From: an uncultured Chloroflexia bacterium
GTDB taxonomy: Bacteria; Chloroflexota; Anaerolineae; CG2-30-64-16
Assembly: GCA_963810095.1 (NCBI GenBank)
Contig: CAWEMM010000006.1
Location: forward strand, 1,536,001-1,600,000
DNA length: 64,000 nt
Direction of reading: 5' to 3'
Numbering within the stretch: the stretch's first letter is position 1; every line of letters begins with the position of its first letter. Position numbers and translations under genes: made by a program. Under the pieces are notes generated by a model that searched no databases, had not been told where the DNA came from, and saw only the letters and a program-made list of their open reading frames with translations. Shown one piece after another: positions 20,413-31,655 of this stretch.

Positions 20413-21079
20413 ATGAAACCCGAGGAAATCGATAACGACCTGCCGGAAGACCTGAAGAAAAGCGTCTTCCTGACCACGGTCGACAATGTTTATAACTGGG
20501 GCCGCGCGCTCCATGTGGCCCATGATGTTCGGCCTGGCCTGCTGCGCGATCGAGATGATTGCCGTCCAGGCCGCGCGCTTTGATCTGAGCCGCTTCGGCA
20601 TGGAGATCATGCGCGCCTCGCCCCGGCAGGCCGACTTGATGATTGTTTCCGGCACGGTGAGCAAGAAGATGGTGCCCAACATCGTCCGGTTGTACAACCA
20701 GATGGCCGAGCCTAAGTACGTGTTGGCCATGGGCGCATGTGCGACGTCGGGCGGCCCGTTCAAAGAGGGGTATAACGTGGTTGCGGGCATCGACAAGTAC
20801 GTCCCCGTGGACGTTTATGTCCCCGGCTGCCCGCCTACTCCTGAAGCCCTGCTTTATGGCGCCCTCCAGGTGCACAAGAAGGTGTTCCGGCAGTCGGTGA
20901 AAACCGCGCCGTGGTATCGCCGCGACAAGCTGAACGAGTCGATCCCGCTGCCCGTGCTCGGGCCCGACCTGTACAACCCGCAGGATCGCGAGGCCCTGAA
21001 GAAGCTGGCCGAGGCCGCTCAGCAGCAGGCGGACGCATCTGCGGTGGCCGAGCAGGGCGCGCTCGCCGAGCGAGCCTAA
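20413..21079 (+). CDS. nuoB: NADH-quinone oxidoreductase subunit B, frameshift near 20505
   Basis: MKPEEID...VYNWGR joined to [46 protein letters not shown]. Confidence 0.93.
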
Positions 21080-21092
21080 AGGGGGAAGTGCA

Positions 21093-22860
21093 ATGACCGC
21101 ACCCACACCAACGATGACCCAACCCGCCGGCGTCCCCAGTGCGGGAGGCGCCCTCCCCTACGGCGACGCAGTGCCGGGAGCCGTGCTCGAACAACTGAAG
21201 ACCGGCCTCGTGGTCGCCCCCGACCGCGTGGTCGAGTTGGCGCGCGTATCTGCGCGACCGGCAGGGGTACGATTACTGCTCGATGGTGACCAGCATTGAC
21301 TGGCCGCAGTACATCGAGGTGGTCTACTATCTTTACGGCGTGAGCCAACCGAAGGACGCGCTCGTTTTGCGCGTGCGGCTGACGGACAAAGCGAACCCGG
21401 TCATGCCGTCGCTGACGCCAATTTGGCCCGGCGCGGACTTCCAGGAGCGCGAGGTTTACGACATGATGGGGGTCCGGTTCGAGGGCCACCCGAACTTGCG
21501 GCGGATTCTCATGTGGGAGGGCTTCCAAGGCTGGCCGCTGCGCAAGGACTACAAAGAGCCCTTCTACGAGGAAGAACTCAAGCCTTTCAAGAGCCGGCAT
21601 CCCGAGGGCCATCACAACTGGGCCGAAGACCGCGTGCCGTGGAAAGACAATGTGAGCTATCCCGTGGCGTGGGACCCTGATCTGTGGACCTCGCCAGAGG
21701 TGGAATACCGGCGCATCATGGCCGTCGACGACGTCAAGAGCGCCGACGCCGACATTCGGACCGAGCGCATCCTGGTGAACATGGGCCCGCAGCACCCGTC
21801 GACGCACGGCGTGTTTCGCATGGTCATCGCGATCGAGGGCGAGAACGTCGTCGGGCTCGAGCCCGAGATGGGCTACCTGCACCGCTGCCATGAGAAGATC
21901 GGCGAACGCAACACCTACATCATGAACATCCCGTTCACCGACCGGCTGGACTACATCAGCTCGATGTCGAACAACCTGGGCTATGTGCTGGCAGTTGAGA
22001 AGCTGATGGGCGTGCAAGTGCCGGAGCGGGCGGAGTACCTCCGCGTGATCATGGCGGAGTTCACCCGGATCGTCAGCCATTTCATTGCCGTGGGCTTCCT
22101 GTTCAACGATCTGGGCGCGTACTTCACGCCGGCGCTCTACGGCATGCGCGAGCGCGAACTGATCCTCGACCTGTTCGAGGCGGTAGCCGGCAGCCGCATG
22201 ATGTGCAACTACATGCGCTTCGGCGGCGTGGCGGCCGACCTGCCCGACACGTGGGTCGAGCGGGCGCGCGAGCTTGTCTGGAACCGGCTGCCGCGGGTGA
22301 TGCGCGACTTCGAAACGCTGCTGGCGGGCAACGAGATTTTCATCAGCCGCACCCGGGGCATCGGCGTGCTGACGGCCGAGGAAGCCATCGCGTACAGCAT
22401 GGCCGGACCGATGCTGCGAGCATCGGGCGTGCCCTATGACCTGCGCAAGGCCGCGCCGTATTCGATCTACGACCGGTTCGAGTTCGACGTGTGCAGCCGG
22501 CCCGAAGGGGACGTCTGGGCGCGGTTCCGCGTACGCATGGACGAAATCTACCAGAGCCTGCGCATCCTGAAGCAGGCGCTCGAGCAACTGCCCGAGGGAC
22601 CGATCATGCCGCCTGGCAAGAAGCAGTACCAGGTGAAAGTTCCGGCGGGCGAAGCGTATTCGCGAATTGAAGGGCCGAAGGGCGAGTTGGGCTTTTTCGT
22701 GGTTTCCGACGGCAAGGCCAACCCGTACCGCTATCACGTGCGCGCCCCGACCTTTATCAACCTGACCAGCCTCGAAAAGATGAGCCTCGGCCACAAGATC
22801 GCCGATTCGGTGGTGATCCTGGGCGCGGTGGATATCGTGCTGGGCGAAGTAGACCGGTAG
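21093..22860 (+). CDS. nuoCD: NADH-quinone oxidoreductase fused subunit C/D, frameshift near 21245
   Basis: [27 protein letters not shown] (NuoC); [36 protein letters not shown] (NuoD); no NiFe CxxC motifs. Confidence 0.93.
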
Positions 22861-22892
22861 GAGCGGGGAAACCGCGCCCGTTGGAGGCAAGC

Positions 22893-24059
22893 ATGTTTGG
22901 ATCTGGCGTGTTCCGTGGCCTGGGCGTCACGCTTAAGCAATTCGTCGGCACCTATCTCGACGATGTCAAGAAGATTCCGAGCCGCTACGCCGGTGGCAAG
23001 GAAGTCATCGATCAGACCGCGGTTGGCGAACAGGAAGGTCTGTTCACCATCCAGTATCCGGAAGAGCGGCGCAAGCTGCCCGAGCGCTTCCGCTACATTC
23101 CGATGTTGATCTACGAGACCAATGCGGAGACGGGGGCGAAGGAAGATCGCTGCACCGCGTGCGGCATCTGCGCGAAGGTGTGCCCGCCGCAGTGTATCTG
23201 GATCGTGCGCGATAAGGACGAGAACGGCAAACCGATCACCCGGCCCGCGGAGTTCTACATCGATTCGAGCATCTGCATGAACTGCGGCCTGTGCGCCGAG
23301 TTCTGCCCGTTCGATGCGATCAAGATGAACCACGACTTCGAGATTTCGGCGTACAAGCGCATGCCGCATCTCGTGTTCGACCTGGAAGAGTTGAGCGTCC
23401 CGGTCAGCTACTACGCGCGCATCCGCCCCACCGACTACGCGGAGGAAGAGGCGGCGAAGAAGGCGAAGGAAGCCGAGAAGGCCGCCAGGCCCGTAGTGGA
23501 GAAGGTGGCTAAGGTTGCGCCCTCAGCGGCGGCAGCTGCCGCGCCGGCAGCCCCGGCCGCCGCTGAGACGGCCACACCGGCTGCGCCAGTTGCGGCCGCG
23601 GCGGCTGTCAAGCGCACGCCTGAAGAGATCGAGCGGCTGAAGGCCGAAGCGGCTGCGCGGCGTGCCGCGAAGGCGGTCGAAGGTCCCGAGGGCGCGCCTG
23701 TCGCTGCTGACACTGCGGCGGCTGCACCCGCGCCGGTGGTGGAAGCCCCGGCCGGCGTCGGCGCGAAGCGTTCGCCCGAGGAGATCGAGCGGCTGAAGGC
23801 CGAAGCGGCTGCCCGCCGTGCGGCCAAGGCGTCTGGCGAAGCGCCGGCTTCTGAAGCTGCACCGGCGGCTGCGCCCGTGCCGGCTCCGGAAGCATCTATC
23901 CCTGCGGCGCCAGTTACTCCGCCGGCGCCGGCCGATGCGCCGGCGGGCGTGGGTGCGAAGCGCACGCCCGAAGAAATCGAGCGGCTGAAGGCCGAAGCAG
24001 CGGCGCGACGCGCTGCGAAGGCTGCCGGCCAGGGCGGGGGCACCGAAGGTCAGCCGTAA
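22893..24059 (+). CDS. nuoI: NADH-quinone oxidoreductase subunit I with a long Ala/Pro-rich repeat tail
   Basis: TIQYPEE, CTACGICAKVCP, CMNCGLCAEFCPFDAI; three KR(T/S)PEEIERLKAEAAARRAAKA repeats. Confidence 0.9.
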   Translation: MFGSGVFRGLGVTLKQFVGTYLDDVKKIPSRYAGGKEVIDQTAVGEQEGLFTIQYPEERRKLPERFRYIPMLIYETNAETGAKEDRCTACGICAKVCPPQCIWIVRDKDENGKPITRPAEFYIDSSICMNCGLCAEFCPFDAIKMNHDFEISAYKRMPHLVFDLEELSVPVSYYARIRPTDYAEEEAAKKAKEAEKAARPVVEKVAKVAPSAAAAAAPAAPAAAETATPAAPVAAAAAVKRTPEEIERLKAEAAARRAAKAVEGPEGAPVAADTAAAAPAPVVEAPAGVGAKRSPEEIERLKAEAAARRAAKASGEAPASEAAPAAAPVPAPEASIPAAPVTPPAPADAPAGVGAKRTPEEIERLKAEAAARRAAKAAGQGGGTEGQP

Positions 24060-24117
24060 AAGGATCGGATGACCACTGTTGTGGGCGAGATAAGGGTGTG
24101 AGAGAGAGAGAAAGTAA

Positions 24118-24828
24118 ATGAGCGTCGAGGTTACCTATCACGGGCATGCCTGCTTCACCATTCGGACGGCCGGCGCGGACTTGCTCATCGACCCGTTTCT
24201 GACGGGCAACGAGATGGCCGATGTGACGCCGGAGCAGGTTAATCCGACCTACATCCTGATCTCGCACGCGCACGGCGATCATCTGGGCGACGCGGTGCCC
24301 ATCGCACAGCGGACGGGCGCGCAAGTGATCTCGAATTTCGAGATTGCCAATTACATGGAGCGGCACGGCATCACGGCCAATCACATGCATATTGGGGGCG
24401 CCCGGCAGTACCCGTTCGGCAAGGTCAAGCTCACCATCGCGCACCACGGTTCGTCGTTTCCCGATGGCTCATACGGCGGCAATCCCTGCGGCTTCTTGCT
24501 CTGGCTGGAAGGCAAGGTCCTGTACTTTGCAGGCGACACCGCGCTGACCTACGATATGAAGCTGTACGGTGAGGAAGGCATCGACGTGGCGATGCTGCCC
24601 ATCGGCGACAATTTCACGATGGGGCCCGAGGACGCGGTTAGAGCGGTGCAGTTCTTACAGCCGAAACAGGTCGTCCTCATGCACTATAATACGTTCGGAC
24701 TGATCACGCAGGACGCTGAGGCCGTCGCCCAGGCCATTCGCGAGCACACGGACAGCCAGCCGGTGTTACTGCAGCCAGGGGCAACCTTGGCCGTACCCCG
24801 TGAGGGGGTCCCCCTGAGCGGGGTATAA
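24118..24828 (+). CDS. Metal-dependent hydrolase, metallo-beta-lactamase fold (UPF0173-like)
   Basis: YHGHACF, LIDPFLTGN, SHAHGDHLGD, AHHGSS, AGDT, LPIGDNFTMG, MHYNTF. Confidence 0.9.
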   Translation: MSVEVTYHGHACFTIRTAGADLLIDPFLTGNEMADVTPEQVNPTYILISHAHGDHLGDAVPIAQRTGAQVISNFEIANYMERHGITANHMHIGGARQYPFGKVKLTIAHHGSSFPDGSYGGNPCGFLLWLEGKVLYFAGDTALTYDMKLYGEEGIDVAMLPIGDNFTMGPEDAVRAVQFLQPKQVVLMHYNTFGLITQDAEAVAQAIREHTDSQPVLLQPGATLAVPREGVPLSGV

Positions 24829-24839
24829 GGAGTCTTCTC

Positions 24840-25316
24840 ATGGATGTTGCCGCACTGATCGTGGCCGTGTTGGCGCTGTTGGGCGCCTTTTTCGCGACCC
24901 GCCGGGTGGCCGGCTTGCAGGAGCGGCTGGAACGCACGGCCGGCGAGCTCCACGAGTTGCGCAGCACGACGAATGCGACGCTGGAGGAGATGCAAGGCAA
25001 GCTCAATGAGCTCAAGCTGCAGGCGCGGCGCCAGGCCGGCCAGCCGATCTTCGACCCGCGGATGACGATTGCGGAGGCCATGAGCGTGCATCCCAAGGTA
25101 GTGGACGTGCTAGCGACGTTCCACCTCGGCGGCTGTTCGCACTGTGCGGTCAGCGACGTCGACACGATCGAGGGCGCGTGCCAAACCTATGGGATCGACC
25201 AGGCAGCCCTGATGAATGCGCTTAACGGATTGGTGACGGGCGGTAGCGGTGGATCGAGCGGCCTGGCCGCCACCATCCAGGGCGCCCGGATTTCAAATGT
25301 AAAGGTGAGTAACTAA
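24840..25316 (+). CDS. Membrane-anchored coiled-coil + DUF1858-like redox-disulfide domain protein
   Basis: N-terminal hydrophobic helix, coiled coil, then MTIAEAMSVHPKVVDVL..FHLGGCSHC....TIEGAC..YGID...L...LN. Confidence 0.65.
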   Translation: MDVAALIVAVLALLGAFFATRRVAGLQERLERTAGELHELRSTTNATLEEMQGKLNELKLQARRQAGQPIFDPRMTIAEAMSVHPKVVDVLATFHLGGCSHCAVSDVDTIEGACQTYGIDQAALMNALNGLVTGGSGGSSGLAATIQGARISNVKVSN

Positions 25317-25322
25317 GTTTCG

Positions 25323-25691
25323 ATGTATCCAAAAGCAGAACTCCTATTCCCGCCCAGGCTGATTCCGGTGCTGAAGACCTTGCGCGGGCCCGAGTGGGCC
25401 ACGCTGGTCGACCGGGTGGCTAAGCTGCCCGAGACAGACCCCGACAGCCTGGCGTTTTCGTTGATGATGATTCGCCTCGACGGCTGCGTGAAGTGTCACG
25501 AAGGCAGCTTCAAATACATGCGCGGCTGTCACCTTTGTGCGACCCAAACAGTCATGCAGTTTAAAGGATCTGATGGCGACCTGTACCAGCTGTACCTCAG
25601 GGCACGACGCGATATCGACTCTTACCTCGCCGGGCAACCGGTGTATGAGGACGACATAGTTGAAGTAATCGAAGAGACTGACCGGATTTAG
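25323..25691 (+). CDS. Hypothetical protein with two CxxC motifs
   Basis: GCVKCH...RGCHLCA; tightly operonic spacing. Confidence 0.7.
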   Translation: MYPKAELLFPPRLIPVLKTLRGPEWATLVDRVAKLPETDPDSLAFSLMMIRLDGCVKCHEGSFKYMRGCHLCATQTVMQFKGSDGDLYQLYLRARRDIDSYLAGQPVYEDDIVEVIEETDRI

Positions 25692-25699
25692 GATACTCC

Positions 25700-27010
25700 A
25701 TGGCTGCCAGACGAATCGCAATTATCGGCGCGGGCATGGCCGGCCTGGCCGCCGCGCATGACCTGAACAAGGCGGGCCACCAGGTGACTGTTTACGAGGC
25801 TGCCCCTGAGGTGGGCGGCCTCGCTTCTGGTTTTAAGGCGCCCGGCTGGGATTGGACGCTCGAAAAGTTCTACCACCACTGGTTCGCGGGGGATAAGGCC
25901 ATGCTCGGCCTGATCGACGAGCTGGGCTGGAGCGACAAGGTCATCTTCCGGCGGCCGTGGACGGTAGTCTACTACAAGGACAAGTTCCAGGCGCTCGATT
26001 CCTATGTCGAGGCGTTCAAGTTTACCCTGCGCAACTTCGGTCCCGTCGATCTCGTGCGCTTCGGGCTGGTCGGCGTATTCCTCAAGCTGACGTCGAACTG
26101 GAAGCGGCTCGAGCGTGTGACTGCGGACTCGTGGCTGCGCAAGTGGGTGGGCCCGCGGGTCTACAACGCCATCTGGCGGCCCATGCTGGTGGGGAAGTTC
26201 GGCGAGAAGAACCTGGCTGTGGTTAACGCGGCGTGGTTCTGGGCGCGGGTGAAGGCGCGCACGACGAAGCTGGGCACGTTTGCCGGCGGGTTCCAGCGCT
26301 TTCTGGACATGCTGGCGGAGAACCTGCGGGGACGGGGCGTCGAGCTTAACCTGGGCACGCCCATCACGGGCGTTCGCAAGCAGGGCGACGGGCTCCTGGT
26401 GGAGACGGCGAACGGCTCGCAGGCTTACGACGCGGTCATCTCGACGAGCTCGCCGGCGTTGATGGCAAAGCTGGCGCCCGACCTGCCCGACAGCTACTCG
26501 GCCGCGCTGCAGAAGCTCAAGTCGATGGGCGCGGTCGTGCTTGTCGTCTCGCTCGACCGCTCGCTCTCGCCCTATTATTGGCACAACCTGCCTAAAGAGG
26601 CCGGGTTCCCCTTCCTGGCGCTCGTGGAGCACACGAACTTCATGGATCGGGAACACTACGGCGGCGATACGATCATCTACTGCGGCGACTACCTGGAAAC
26701 GGACCACGAGTACTTTTCGTTGAGCAAGGAGCAGTTGCTCGATCGCTTCCTGCCTGCGTTCAGTCGCTTCAATCCACAGTTTGACCGCAGTTGGGTGAAG
26801 GACGCATGGGTCTGGAAGACGGCCTACGCCCAACCTGTGCCCCCGGTTAATCACTCGCAGAACATCCCCCCGCTGCGCACCCCCGTGCCCGGCCTGTACT
26901 TTGCCAGCATGAGCCAGGTGTACCCTTGGGATCGCGGGACGAATTACGCGGTCGAGATCGGACGGCGGGTGGCGGGGCTGGCCATGGAAGATTTGAGCAA
27001 GACCGCGTAA
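25700..27010 (+). CDS. FAD/NAD(P)-dependent oxidoreductase (amine oxidase / protoporphyrinogen oxidase-like)
   Basis: IAIIGAGMAGLAAA, YEA...VGGLA, LEKFYHHWF, LVEHTNF, YAQPV, SQVYPWDRGTNYAV. Confidence 0.85.
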   Translation: MAARRIAIIGAGMAGLAAAHDLNKAGHQVTVYEAAPEVGGLASGFKAPGWDWTLEKFYHHWFAGDKAMLGLIDELGWSDKVIFRRPWTVVYYKDKFQALDSYVEAFKFTLRNFGPVDLVRFGLVGVFLKLTSNWKRLERVTADSWLRKWVGPRVYNAIWRPMLVGKFGEKNLAVVNAAWFWARVKARTTKLGTFAGGFQRFLDMLAENLRGRGVELNLGTPITGVRKQGDGLLVETANGSQAYDAVISTSSPALMAKLAPDLPDSYSAALQKLKSMGAVVLVVSLDRSLSPYYWHNLPKEAGFPFLALVEHTNFMDREHYGGDTIIYCGDYLETDHEYFSLSKEQLLDRFLPAFSRFNPQFDRSWVKDAWVWKTAYAQPVPPVNHSQNIPPLRTPVPGLYFASMSQVYPWDRGTNYAVEIGRRVAGLAMEDLSKTA

Positions 27011-27021
27011 GTGCACGCGCT

Positions 27022-27136
27022 GCCGGACAATGGGAGACGAAATGGGACGCAGATTGAACTGATTCCTCTGATTCTTCTTGAAGAAGATCATGTAAATCAG
27101 TCTGATCAGCCAAATCAGCGGGCCCTTTCAGATCAG
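27022..27136. repeat. Palindromic intergenic element, copy C
   Basis: GCCGGACAA...GAAATGGGACGCAGATTGAACTGATT...AATCAGCGGGCCCTTTCAGATCAG. Confidence 0.7.
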
Positions 27137-27151
27137 TGAGGATGGAAATAG

Positions 27152-28251
27152 ATGCTTTTCGGTAAGAAGGAAGTCACGCGTCGAGATGGTGCTTGGCGCG
27201 CTCAAACACGTGCAGGAGCCGGAGCTCCACAAGGACCTCGTGACGCTTAACATGGTGAAGGACATCCAGGTGCAGGATGGCGACGTGGCATTTACCGTCA
27301 CGCTGACCACGCCGGCCTGCCCTTTGAAATCACAAATCGAGACCGAGGCGAAGGCCGCGGTCGCGCAGGTGCCCGGCGTGCGCAGCGTCAAGGTGAACTT
27401 TGACGCGCAGGTGCGGGCGGATCACCGCATCAACGCGAAGCTCGCGGTGCCGATCAAGAACATTATCGCGGTCGCCAGCGGCAAGGGTGGCGTGGGCAAG
27501 ACCACGGTCTCGGCCAACCTCGCCGTCGCGCTGAGCCAGATGGGCGCGCGGGTCGGCATCCTGGACGCGGACATTTACGGTCCCAACGTGCCGATCGTCA
27601 TGGGTGTGAACAGCCCTGGCCGACGTCGAGTCCGACAAGATGGTGCCGCCCTACGCACACGGCATCCAGGTCATGTCGATCGGTTTCCTGGTGCCCGACG
27701 GCGAAGCGCTGGTGTGGCGCGGGCCCATGCTGCACAAGGCCATCCAGCAGTTGCTGACCGACGTGGCCTGGGGCGATCCACAGGGCCGGACGGACGCGGA
27801 ACGCGAGCTCGACTACCTGGTGGTGGACCTGCCGCCGGGAACCGGCGACGCCCAGATGAGCCTGGCGCAGCTTGTGCCGCTGACCGGCGCGGTCATCGTC
27901 ACGACGCCCCAGAACGTGGCGCTGGCCGATGCGACCCGTGGCATCACGGCGTTCAACCGGCTCGAAGTGCCCGTACTCGGCCTGATCGAGAACATGGCCG
28001 GCGACGTGTTCGGGGTCGGTGGGGGTGAGGCGGCCGCGCAGAAGCTCGGCATCCCGTTCCTGGGCCGCGTGGGTCTTGCGACGGTGGTGCGCGAAAGCGG
28101 CGACAAGGGCGAGCCCGTCGTGGCCTGCTGCCCCGAGACGGAGCAGGCGCAGGTGTTCCGTGACATCGCGCAGCGTGTTGCCGCCCAGGTCAGCGTGCTG
28201 AACGCCCGGCGCCCCGCGCCCGGCAGCGTGCCGATCAAGCTCGAACTGTAG
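27152..28251 (+). CDS. mrp: Mrp/NBP35 (ApbC) Fe-S cluster carrier ATPase; frameshifts near 27180 and 27615
   Basis: [69 protein letters not shown]. Confidence 0.92.
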
Positions 28252-28315
28252 AAGCGGTTTCTCGCTTTGGCGCCCGGAACGCGCGGCCTTGCCGCCATCT
28301 CCGGGCGCTTTTGCG

Positions 28316-29089
28316 TTAAGTGACCTGTTTGTTGGGCATCTCATCGACGGCCGGCTGGGCAGGGAGCGGCTTCCGGCCATGGATGAGGTGCATTTTCAGC
28401 CCCATCTTATACAACCCCTTACCCATGGGGGTGGTCTGCAGCGCTTCGTCGAACGACGGCGCGGTTCCTCCCGAGCGAATGATGCGCAGGTACTCGCGGA
28501 TTTCGGGGATGCTGGCGAGGAGGAAAATCGCGTTGACGATCACCGCATAGGCGACGTAGCGCCAGTCCTTCGTGGTGAACCAGAACCATGGGATTAGCAA
28601 CCACATGCCGCCGATAAAGGTGACGAACGCGTCGCGCAGGAGCAGGCCGATGATCGGGCCGCCAAAACCGCACACGACCGTGGCGAGTGGATCGAAGGCG
28701 AGCACCCCGCCGTACACCTGCGAAATGCCCCGGCCCCCTCGGAACCGGTAATAGACGGGCCAGACATGCCCCGCCATCCCCGCAGCCGCGACAACCAGGA
28801 AGTAGGTTTCCCCCGGATACGCGAGCCGGAAAGCCAGCGTTGGGATGAAAATCTTCAGCATGTCCAGCAGGCCGGTCAGCATGCCGATCTTTGGGTTCGT
28901 GCGGAGAGAAAGTGCCGTGGCGTTGACAGACGTGACGCTCAGCGTCTGCTGTCCTTCCTCAAGCGTGTATGTTGTGCGGCTGAAGTCTGCGCCTGGCGCG
29001 ACAAAATGCGCCACCACGCGGGTGAAAGAGATGGCGCCGACGAAGTAACCGACGGCAGCCGCAGCAAACAGGATCGGACCGATCTCCAT
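28316..29089 (-). CDS. plsY: PlsY-like glycerol-3-phosphate acyltransferase (divergent)
   Basis: GYFVGAISF, LLDMLK, AGHVWPVYYRFRGGRGI; multiple TM helices; motif 1 (GSGN.GATN) altered to TSVNATA; GAGG RBS. Confidence 0.72.
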   Translation of the reverse strand: MEIGPILFAAAAVGYFVGAISFTRVVAHFVAPGADFSRTTYTLEEGQQTLSVTSVNATALSLRTNPKIGMLTGLLDMLKIFIPTLAFRLAYPGETYFLVVAAAGMAGHVWPVYYRFRGGRGISQVYGGVLAFDPLATVVCGFGGPIIGLLLRDAFVTFIGGMWLLIPWFWFTTKDWRYVAYAVIVNAIFLLASIPEIREYLRIIRSGGTAPSFDEALQTTPMGKGLYKMGLKMHLIHGRKPLPAQPAVDEMPNKQVT

Positions 29090-29108
29090 ACCGCACCTCA
29101 TGCAAGAT

Positions 29109-31595
29109 CTATTCCAGGTAGACGCGGCCCTGGCCGCCATCCACGGTGAGAGCCTGGCCGTCGTAGATGCGGCGCGTCGCGTCCCGCACGCTGACGACTG
29201 CGGGCAGGTTGTACTCCCGGGCCACGATAGCCGCATGGGACAACTGCCCGCCTGTCTCCGCCACGATGCCGCCGATTCCGGCGAACAGCGGCGTCCAGCC
29301 GACGTCGCTGAACGGGACGACCAGGATGTCAGAGTGACCGAGCGTGGCGGGGGCATCGGCCGGATCATGGATGATCCGTGCGAAGCCGCGTGCCCGGCCG
29401 GGACTGCCCCCGATGCCACTCAGATAAGCCGCGCTTTCCACGGGGCCGCAGGGGGTCGGCCTGGCGGCCGGCTGCCCCGGAAGGCCGACGACCACCTCGG
29501 GGGGTTCCAGCGCTGCGTCCGCGGCCATGTCTGTGCGTCGTCCGTCGATGCACTCGGCCGCCACAGATGCAGGCCATCGGCCGGCCGCCAGCTCGCCCAG
29601 CTCTCGGCGCGTCAGGTAGAACAGGCTCTCGGGCTCCGCAAGGCAACCCTGCTCCACCAGCCGCCGGCCTGCGGCCAGGAACAGCCGGCGCATCTCGTAG
29701 GTGTACTCGGAGATCAGTACGCTGGCGCGTTCCCGCCAGTCGACGGAGGTCGTCGCGCCCGTCATGAGGCGCCGGAAAACCCAGCGGTCGAGCGGGCCGC
29801 CCGACTCGCAGACGCGGGCGGACGCAGCTTCGCGGATGATCCCGGCCTTCTGCTGGCCCACGGATGCTGAGGTAACACCACGTGCGATGGAGCGCCAGAT
29901 CAGTGCAGGGTTCTCGGCCCAGGAGGGGAAGCTGAAGTCCGAGCCGTTGCTGCTCAGATAGCCGTGGCGGGCGAGGAACGCGTCTACGCCCTCCAAGACG
30001 ACGCGCCCCTGCTCTGAGGCGCCGAGAGCGCGCGCAGCGTGCCGTCATCCGCGGCCAACAGCGCAGCGCGTGTTTCCTCGTCCAGGTAGTTTGCCTGCTC
30101 GGCCAGCCGGATCAGGTCCAACGACGGCTCGAGGCTCTTGATACCGGCCACGCCGCGAAGCAGATCACCGAACTCGACGCCCGGCGCCTTACGAGCAACC
30201 CAAGTCCGCAGGACGCGGGCGCGGGCCGCGCTGTTGAACACGCAGCAGAAGAAAAACCAAAAGAGGCTGTTGCGCAGGGCGGTCAGGGTGTCCAGCTCGA
30301 TCAACAACCCGGATAACGGCACTGCCGTCCAATCGCGCGTTCGGAACGGTTCGAGCCGGCTGCGCCCCTCGCGGAGCGGACGCGCCTGCCCGTCCGTGAG
30401 GCGACCCGTCTGGACCACGAGCCGCACCATGCGCAACGTAATTCCGAGTAAGCGCAGGCTGGGGCGCATGGGGACTCGGTCCCTGCGCTCGTCGCGCAGC
30501 ATCATCTCGAACAGGTTCGCCGGCAGTCCCGCCTCGGACAGCAGTTCCGACAGAACCGTCATGTCGGCATACACGCGCGAGTAATGTCTTGTGACCAGGC
30601 GCGCCGTGTCGATATCCCGCCTGCCGAGCAGCGCGGCGAAGAGCGTGCCGAATACCTCGTTCACCTTGGCCAAAGTGTTGACGTCGTACACCATGGGCTT
30701 GACCAGGCCGGGGGCCATGTCGGAGACAATGGCGCGGGAGTATACATGCCGGTCACGCAGCGTGGTGATCGGACGCGCCTGGAGGACGTGAAATGCCGCG
30801 CCATCCCATGCCCACTCGACGTCCTGGGGCACGCCGGCAGCGCGTCGCGATCTCACGGACGAGCCGGGCCAGGGCGCCGACTTCGGCCTCCCCGAGCACG
30901 GCTTGCCCGGGAAGGACCGGCGTCACCTCGGCAAGTACGCCCCGTCCGTCCACAACGTAGCGATCTGTGCGTACGCTGCCGCCGACGACCGCGGCGCCGA
31001 GCCCCGGCGCCGCCTCGATCACAACGCAGGACTGGCCGGTGATGGGGTCGGCACTGAACGCCACACCGGCAGCAGTTGCCGGGGCCATCCGCTGTACGAC
31101 GACGGCCATCTCTTCGTTCGCTTCGAGTTGGCGCTGCGTGAGGTAGGTGGCTGCACGCGGTGCGAACAGCGACGCCCAGCAGGCCCGGACGGCCGCAAGA
31201 AGGGCATCTTCGCCGGCCACGTCGAGCACGGTCTCGAACTGCCCCGCGTGCGAGGCCGCGCTTGCATCTTCCCCCGCAGCCGACGAACGGACCGCCACGC
31301 GGCCGCCCAAGCGGGCGTATGCACTGCAGATGTCCTTCTGAATGGGGGCGGGCAGAGGCGCGGAGCAGACCGCTCGATGCTGGCTCTCCCGGGGAGAGGA
31401 AGCGCCGTCGGGGTTGTCTGCAACCCCGTAGTCGATGCTGGCGAGGAAATCGCGGAACGCGTGCGTGGTGATCACGAAGCCCGGCGGCACGTCGAAGCCC
31501 TGGCGGGCGAGGCGGTTTAGCCCCGCCGCCTTTCCACCGGCAACGCCGGCGTCGCCGGCAGCACGGTTGCGCAAGTTGATTGCGTAGCGGGACAT
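29109..31595 (-). CDS. PEP-utilizing dikinase-like enzyme (PPDK_N ATP-grasp + substrate domain + His swivel); frameshifts near 30840 and 29995
   Basis: GGKAAGL, VPPGFVIT, VAVRSSAAGED..ASHAGQF, VVVQRM, AGVAFSADP, PQDVEWA, LQARPIT; C-terminal DVGWTPLF, ETGGQLSHAAIVAREYNLPAV. Confidence 0.88.
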
Positions 31596-31655
31596 CGAGT
31601 GCTCCCGTCACGGTGGGCAGCCGGCCGGACGATGAGATTCCGGCCGGCTGCGGGT

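Noticed and set aside
21093-22860. Possible group 4 NiFe hydrogenase large subunit
   Set aside because: Lacks both CxxC Ni-binding motifs; has NuoD signatures RLDY and GEVDR
28316-29419. 367-aa ORF suggesting a direct dikinase-PlsY fusion
   Set aside because: The dikinase frame ends with TAG at 29109 and PlsY has its own RBS and ATG at 29089; the upstream extension is an out-of-frame overlap
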